A stretch of 64,000 nucleotides of DNA, from assembly GCA_963674695.2 (NCBI GenBank), contig CAXXGI010000001.1, positions 544,001-608,000 of the forward strand, in the 5' to 3' direction. Source of the DNA: a bacterium. Its GTDB lineage: Bacteria; UBA10199; 2-02-FULL-44-16; JAAZCA01. Both the position numbers and the translations under genes were made by a program. Shown here one piece after another: positions 60,384-64,000 of the stretch (position 1 is its first letter; each line of letters begins with the position of its first letter). The notes under the pieces were generated by a model. That model worked only from the letters and a program-made list of their open reading frames with translations, had not been told where the DNA came from and made no database searches.

Positions 60384-61160
60384 ATGAAAAGTATATTTCA
60401 AAATAAAGAGTTCGCTTCTTTTTACAACGAAATGTCCGGCAGATATGGCCAAGCGTATAAGCGATATGTGGTAACGCCAACACTTTTTCGCTTCATCAAA
60501 TCTCTCAAAGGCAAGGCTGTTTTAGAACTTGGATGTGGCAACGGTTTCTGCGCTCAAAAATTCCTGAGAAAGGGTGCAAAAGAAGTCATTCTTTTGGATA
60601 TATCAAAGCATAATTTAGAATATGCAAGGCAATTGGTAGGAGAAAATCCTCGTGTTCGTTATGTGTGTCAAGATGCGACTAAGAAATGGACGGTAAGATC
60701 GGGAACCGTAAAGCTCGTTTATAGCGACATGATGCTCAATGAAGTATCGAACATCAGGACTCCGATTCGGGAGGCATACCGTGTGCTTGCGCCGGGAGGT
60801 TTGTTTCTCGTAGCCGTTACTCATCCTGCGTGGGATCTGTTTGAATATGTAAAGGCCACCTATGGGAACGGGTCACAGATAATCGAAACGCCTATGCCTT
60901 ACTTCGAAAAGGGGTATTCTACATATTTGATGGGTACCGCGAGCCAGAGACCAAAGCCAGGGTGCGAATATAAGAAAACGTACAAGGTAGAACATTACCA
61001 ACGCACCATTCAGGACTATCATCATGAATTTCGAAGTGCAGGTTTTGTAGTTGATCGTATTCTAGAACCAAAATGTACAAAAAAATTACTGCTCGAGTTT
61101 GAAGGGTATAAGGATTTGAGTGAACATCCTATCTCGCTTTTATTCATCATGCGTAAATAG
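60384..61160 (+). CDS. Class I SAM-dependent methyltransferase (low GC)
   Basis: VLELGCGNG, LDIS, YRVLAPGG; visibly AT-richer than the rest of the window. Confidence 0.88.
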   Translation: MKSIFQNKEFASFYNEMSGRYGQAYKRYVVTPTLFRFIKSLKGKAVLELGCGNGFCAQKFLRKGAKEVILLDISKHNLEYARQLVGENPRVRYVCQDATKKWTVRSGTVKLVYSDMMLNEVSNIRTPIREAYRVLAPGGLFLVAVTHPAWDLFEYVKATYGNGSQIIETPMPYFEKGYSTYLMGTASQRPKPGCEYKKTYKVEHYQRTIQDYHHEFRSAGFVVDRILEPKCTKKLLLEFEGYKDLSEHPISLLFIMRK

Positions 61161-61225
61161 ATCGTCTCACAGGTCGTCGAACCAGCCGCCTGACGGCGGC
61201 GCTTCTCGCCACCGGGAGCGCAAAA

Positions 61226-61264
61226 GAGAACGGGGTGGCCAGAATGGCCACCCCGTTCTCTTTT
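61226..61264. terminator. Bidirectional terminator between the methyltransferase and tRNA
   Basis: GAGAACGGGGTGGCCA-GAA-TGGCCACCCCGTTCTC with A/T flanks. Confidence 0.75.
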
Positions 61265-61265
61265 G

Positions 61266-61338
61266 CGCTCCCAACGGGACTCGAACCCGTGTTTCAGCCT
61301 TGAGAGGGCTGCGTCCTAGACCGCTAGACCATGGGAGC
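61266..61338 (-). tRNA. tRNA-Glu (anticodon CTC), CCA not encoded
   Basis: GCTCCCATGGTCTAGCGGTCTAGGACGCAGCCCTCTCAAGGCTGAAACACGGGTTCGAGTCCCGTTGGGAGCG folds as a cloverleaf. Confidence 0.96.
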
Positions 61339-61594
61339 CGTGAGCGAACATCTTCTCTTCAATTATCATCTGCTCTGCAACAACAAGACCGCTAGGCCAT
61401 GAGAGCACTGAGCGAGCGGCGTACCTAACAGAAAGCCTGCCCACAGGCAAGGCGAATATATGACAAGAAGATCATAAGGTTAGATCACATCCGACTGCAA
61501 AAACACGCTGAGTGTCGATGAATCGGGTGGCTGCGCCTTGCCGGGAATCGGCGGGGTACCCATCGCGAACGGGCGAGCTGCCTTCACGGATGGG

Positions 61595-61740
61595 GAGCCT
61601 TCATGCGAAGGAGATGTTCGGGGATCTCTTCTTTCATCGCAATCGAAGCCTTTGATGATGCGATGAAAGAAGAAAAAGCCGTCGAGGCGGCGTATGAGCC
61701 GAGACGGCGGTCCCCGAACATCTCCTTCGCATGAAGGCTC
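61595..61740 (+). ncRNA. Structured three-way-junction element, copy 2
   Basis: 32-bp outer stem, same 15-bp stem and AAAA linker as 26210-26351, extended third stem. Confidence 0.55.
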
Positions 61741-61807
61741 ACTGCCTTGCCCCCCGATGTTTTTCCCCTTCCCTTCCGCGCCGAAACCCGCTAAAAGCGC
61801 GGACTTC

Positions 61808-62416
61808 ATGAGCCCCTTGCTTCCCAAACCTGCGCTGCTCCTCATCGGCCCGACCGGCGCCGGAAAGTCGCCGCTGGGCACGGCCCTGGAAGCACGCGAT
61901 GACTGGGCCCACTTCGACTTCGGCGCACACCTGCGCGCGATCGAAACGGGTGAGGAGAAGCATGGGCTCAGCGATTCCGACCGTCGCTTCGTGTGCGAGC
62001 TCATCGCGAGCCACGCCCTCTTTCCGAGCGATCGTTTCGACATCGTCGCGCAGATTCTGACCGATTTTTTGGGAAAGAAGGCCGACGCCCCTGGCGTAGT
62101 CCTCAACGGTCTGCCGCGCACGATCGATCAGGCCGAGCGCATCGCGCCCTATCTCGACGTTCAGAGAATCGTCGTCCTGAATTGCCGACCGGAGGTGATC
62201 GCCGAGCGGATCCTGCGCCGCAAGCAGGGGCTCACCAGCGATCATGCGAATCGCAGCGATGACACCCCGCCGGCCATTCGAAAAAAGGTGGAGATCTATC
62301 AGACGCAAACCGCGCCGCTCATCGAACACTACGAACGCGCGGGGATCAAAAAAACCGTCGTCCCCGTAGAAACGGAGACGACGGAAGAAAACCTCGTTCA
62401 CGCCATCCTGAAATAA
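61808..62416 (+). CDS. Adenylate kinase-like nucleoside monophosphate kinase
   Basis: GPTGAGKS, FDFGAHLR, LNGLPRTIDQA, RSDDT, YQTQTAPLIEHY. Confidence 0.8.
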   Translation: MSPLLPKPALLLIGPTGAGKSPLGTALEARDDWAHFDFGAHLRAIETGEEKHGLSDSDRRFVCELIASHALFPSDRFDIVAQILTDFLGKKADAPGVVLNGLPRTIDQAERIAPYLDVQRIVVLNCRPEVIAERILRRKQGLTSDHANRSDDTPPAIRKKVEIYQTQTAPLIEHYERAGIKKTVVPVETETTEENLVHAILK

Positions 62417-62430
62417 AGAAGAGCCCATCT

Positions 62431-62488
62431 GGATTCCCGCTTACGCTTGCCCTCGAGCGATTGAATCGGGGGTCACGCGGGAATGACA
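62431..62488. repeat. REP type A half element with loop insert
   Basis: GGATTCCCGC...TGCCCTCGAGCGATTGAATCGGG...GCGGGAATGACA. Confidence 0.7.
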
Positions 62489-62505
62489 GACGAAACGCGC
62501 CTCCC

Positions 62506-63876
62506 CTATTCCTCTTCGACAAACGGCGTCGGATCCTCTTTCGCGGGCGACTCCACGATGTGATGTGCCCGATCGATCCGATCGGTAACGTATCGATAGA
62601 CAAGCAGGAGCAGAAAAGCCACCACGCCGATCGCTGCATAGAAATACCAAATATAATGCGCATGCGCATAGGCCGTCGCCATCTGGTCGGGCGCCACCGT
62701 ACGCGGGTCGGGACAATAGGCATCGAGCAAGTAGCCCGAGATGGCAAACCCGAAGAGCCAGGCAAAGAAGGTGCTCAGGTGCTGATAGCCCATGTAGAGG
62801 CCCACCTCACCCGGAGGGGCCTGCTTGCTGGCATACTCCAAAAATCGCGGCGAGAGAAAACACTCGGCCACACCTTGCAACGCGATGCCGAAGATCATCA
62901 TGACGGTGATCGGGCTCATCGTGATATTGCCGAAGAGATGGATCGAGGCACCCGTGATATGCTCGAGCACCGGCGAGAGCGCGATCGAGAGCGCAGAGAG
63001 CGGTATGATAAAGAGACCGATGCCGATCGAGGAGATCGGACGGATCTTGCGCACCATGTGCGTGATCGGCACGACGAAGAGCACCACCACAAACGGGTTG
63101 ATGTTGGCCAACCACTCGGGAGAGGCCCCCTCGCCGATGAGCCGCAGCGTATATTTCGGCATCGTCGCATAGAGCTGTCCCTGAATCGCCCAGAATCCAC
63201 CGATAATAATGATGAGCGCCATGAACCGGAAGTTCTTCACCACGCGCCAGAGCCCGGCCAGAAGTTCACGCACATTCTTTCCCGTCCCCTGCGTATCAAC
63301 ATTCTTGAAGAAGACGAGAACGAGTATGAGCGCGGTGAAGGCCATCGCCGCCGCATAGAAGTTGATGTATTCGAGCCCGAGGGAGACGCGCAGGGGTTTG
63401 GCAATCGTCTTTCCCCCAAACGCGCCGATATTGACGACCTGATAGAAGATCGAGAAGGCCCGCGCGCGATGGGCGTCGTCTGAGCACTTGGCCACCGTTC
63501 CCGAGATGACCGGTTTGACGATGGCACCGCCTAACAGGATGAGCCCGAGCGAGGCGATGGCCGTCCACTTGAATTGAAACGCGCCCAAGAGCGCATAGCC
63601 TGCGGTGAGCAGAGCAAAGGCAAGCGTGAGCGCCTGTTTAAATCCGATGCGATCGGCCAACGCCCCCATGAACGTGGGCATAAAGTAGAGGAGCGAGGCG
63701 AAGACAGCGATCACCCAGCCGGTCTCGATATCGGTGAAACCGACACGACGCGTGAGATAGAGCGCCATGACGATGAAGGCGCCATAGTAGGCCGCGCGCT
63801 CGAAGAGTTCGATGGAGTTGGCCACCCAGAAGGTGCGCGGAAATTTCCAGGAAAGCTTTGCCGTGCCGTCGGTCAT
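62506..63876 (-). CDS. MFS transporter, POT/peptide transporter-like
   Basis: ELFERAAYYG (ExxERxxYYG), GALADRIG, FYQVVNIG, about 12 TM; AAGGAG RBS. Confidence 0.88.
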   Translation of the reverse strand: MTDGTAKLSWKFPRTFWVANSIELFERAAYYGAFIVMALYLTRRVGFTDIETGWVIAVFASLLYFMPTFMGALADRIGFKQALTLAFALLTAGYALLGAFQFKWTAIASLGLILLGGAIVKPVISGTVAKCSDDAHRARAFSIFYQVVNIGAFGGKTIAKPLRVSLGLEYINFYAAAMAFTALILVLVFFKNVDTQGTGKNVRELLAGLWRVVKNFRFMALIIIIGGFWAIQGQLYATMPKYTLRLIGEGASPEWLANINPFVVVLFVVPITHMVRKIRPISSIGIGLFIIPLSALSIALSPVLEHITGASIHLFGNITMSPITVMMIFGIALQGVAECFLSPRFLEYASKQAPPGEVGLYMGYQHLSTFFAWLFGFAISGYLLDAYCPDPRTVAPDQMATAYAHAHYIWYFYAAIGVVAFLLLLVYRYVTDRIDRAHHIVESPAKEDPTPFVEEE

Positions 63877-64000
63877 AAAAAGACTCCTTGTCGCAGTTTC
63901 TCCATCCTTATCGGCCCCCGCACCCATTGACAAGCAAAAGGGGAGGCGGGTGCAAACTCCGATGAATCCCGCCCATGCCGAACCCATGTTGCAGACAATG

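Noticed and set aside
63909-63936. Seventh copy of the sigma28-like motif
   Set aside because: GCCGATAA is present on the minus strand but there is no CGCAAC at the 13-15 nt spacing

Overview
GC-rich bacterial chromosomal window whose gene content (TIGR02147 protein, Ser/Thr kinase with PEGA-like domains, class III cyclases, PilZ proteins, sigma54 promoters) suggests a deltaproteobacterial or Myxococcota-like lineage; this assignment is inference. It holds about 55 CDS and one tRNA-Glu(CTC). Housekeeping genes include nfo, trmJ-like, csp, trkAH, nfeD/slipin, gpmA, fbaB, etfAB plus ETF-QO, ybgA-phrB, an adk-like kinase and an MFS transporter. Intergenic regions are full of REP/MITE-like palindromes and two tandem arrays; there is no CRISPR, integrase or transposase. 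Most notable observations: (1) a six-copy promoter-like motif CGCAACT-N13-15-(G/T/A)(C/G)CGATAA with a sigma28-type -10 and a non-canonical -35; three of its downstream genes are orphan enzymes with no signal peptide and an acidic leader ending in D-A-F (candidate secreted effectors); (2) a glutamate dehydrogenase homologue lacking its catalytic lysines, translationally coupled to a PPDK-like ATP-grasp/His protein and followed by a receiver protein; (3) a two-copy three-way-junction element whose outer stem differs between copies yet stays fully paired; (4) a TIGR02147 locus with paralogous lipoproteins and a candidate operator. All family calls come from motif recognition by eye; no searches were run.
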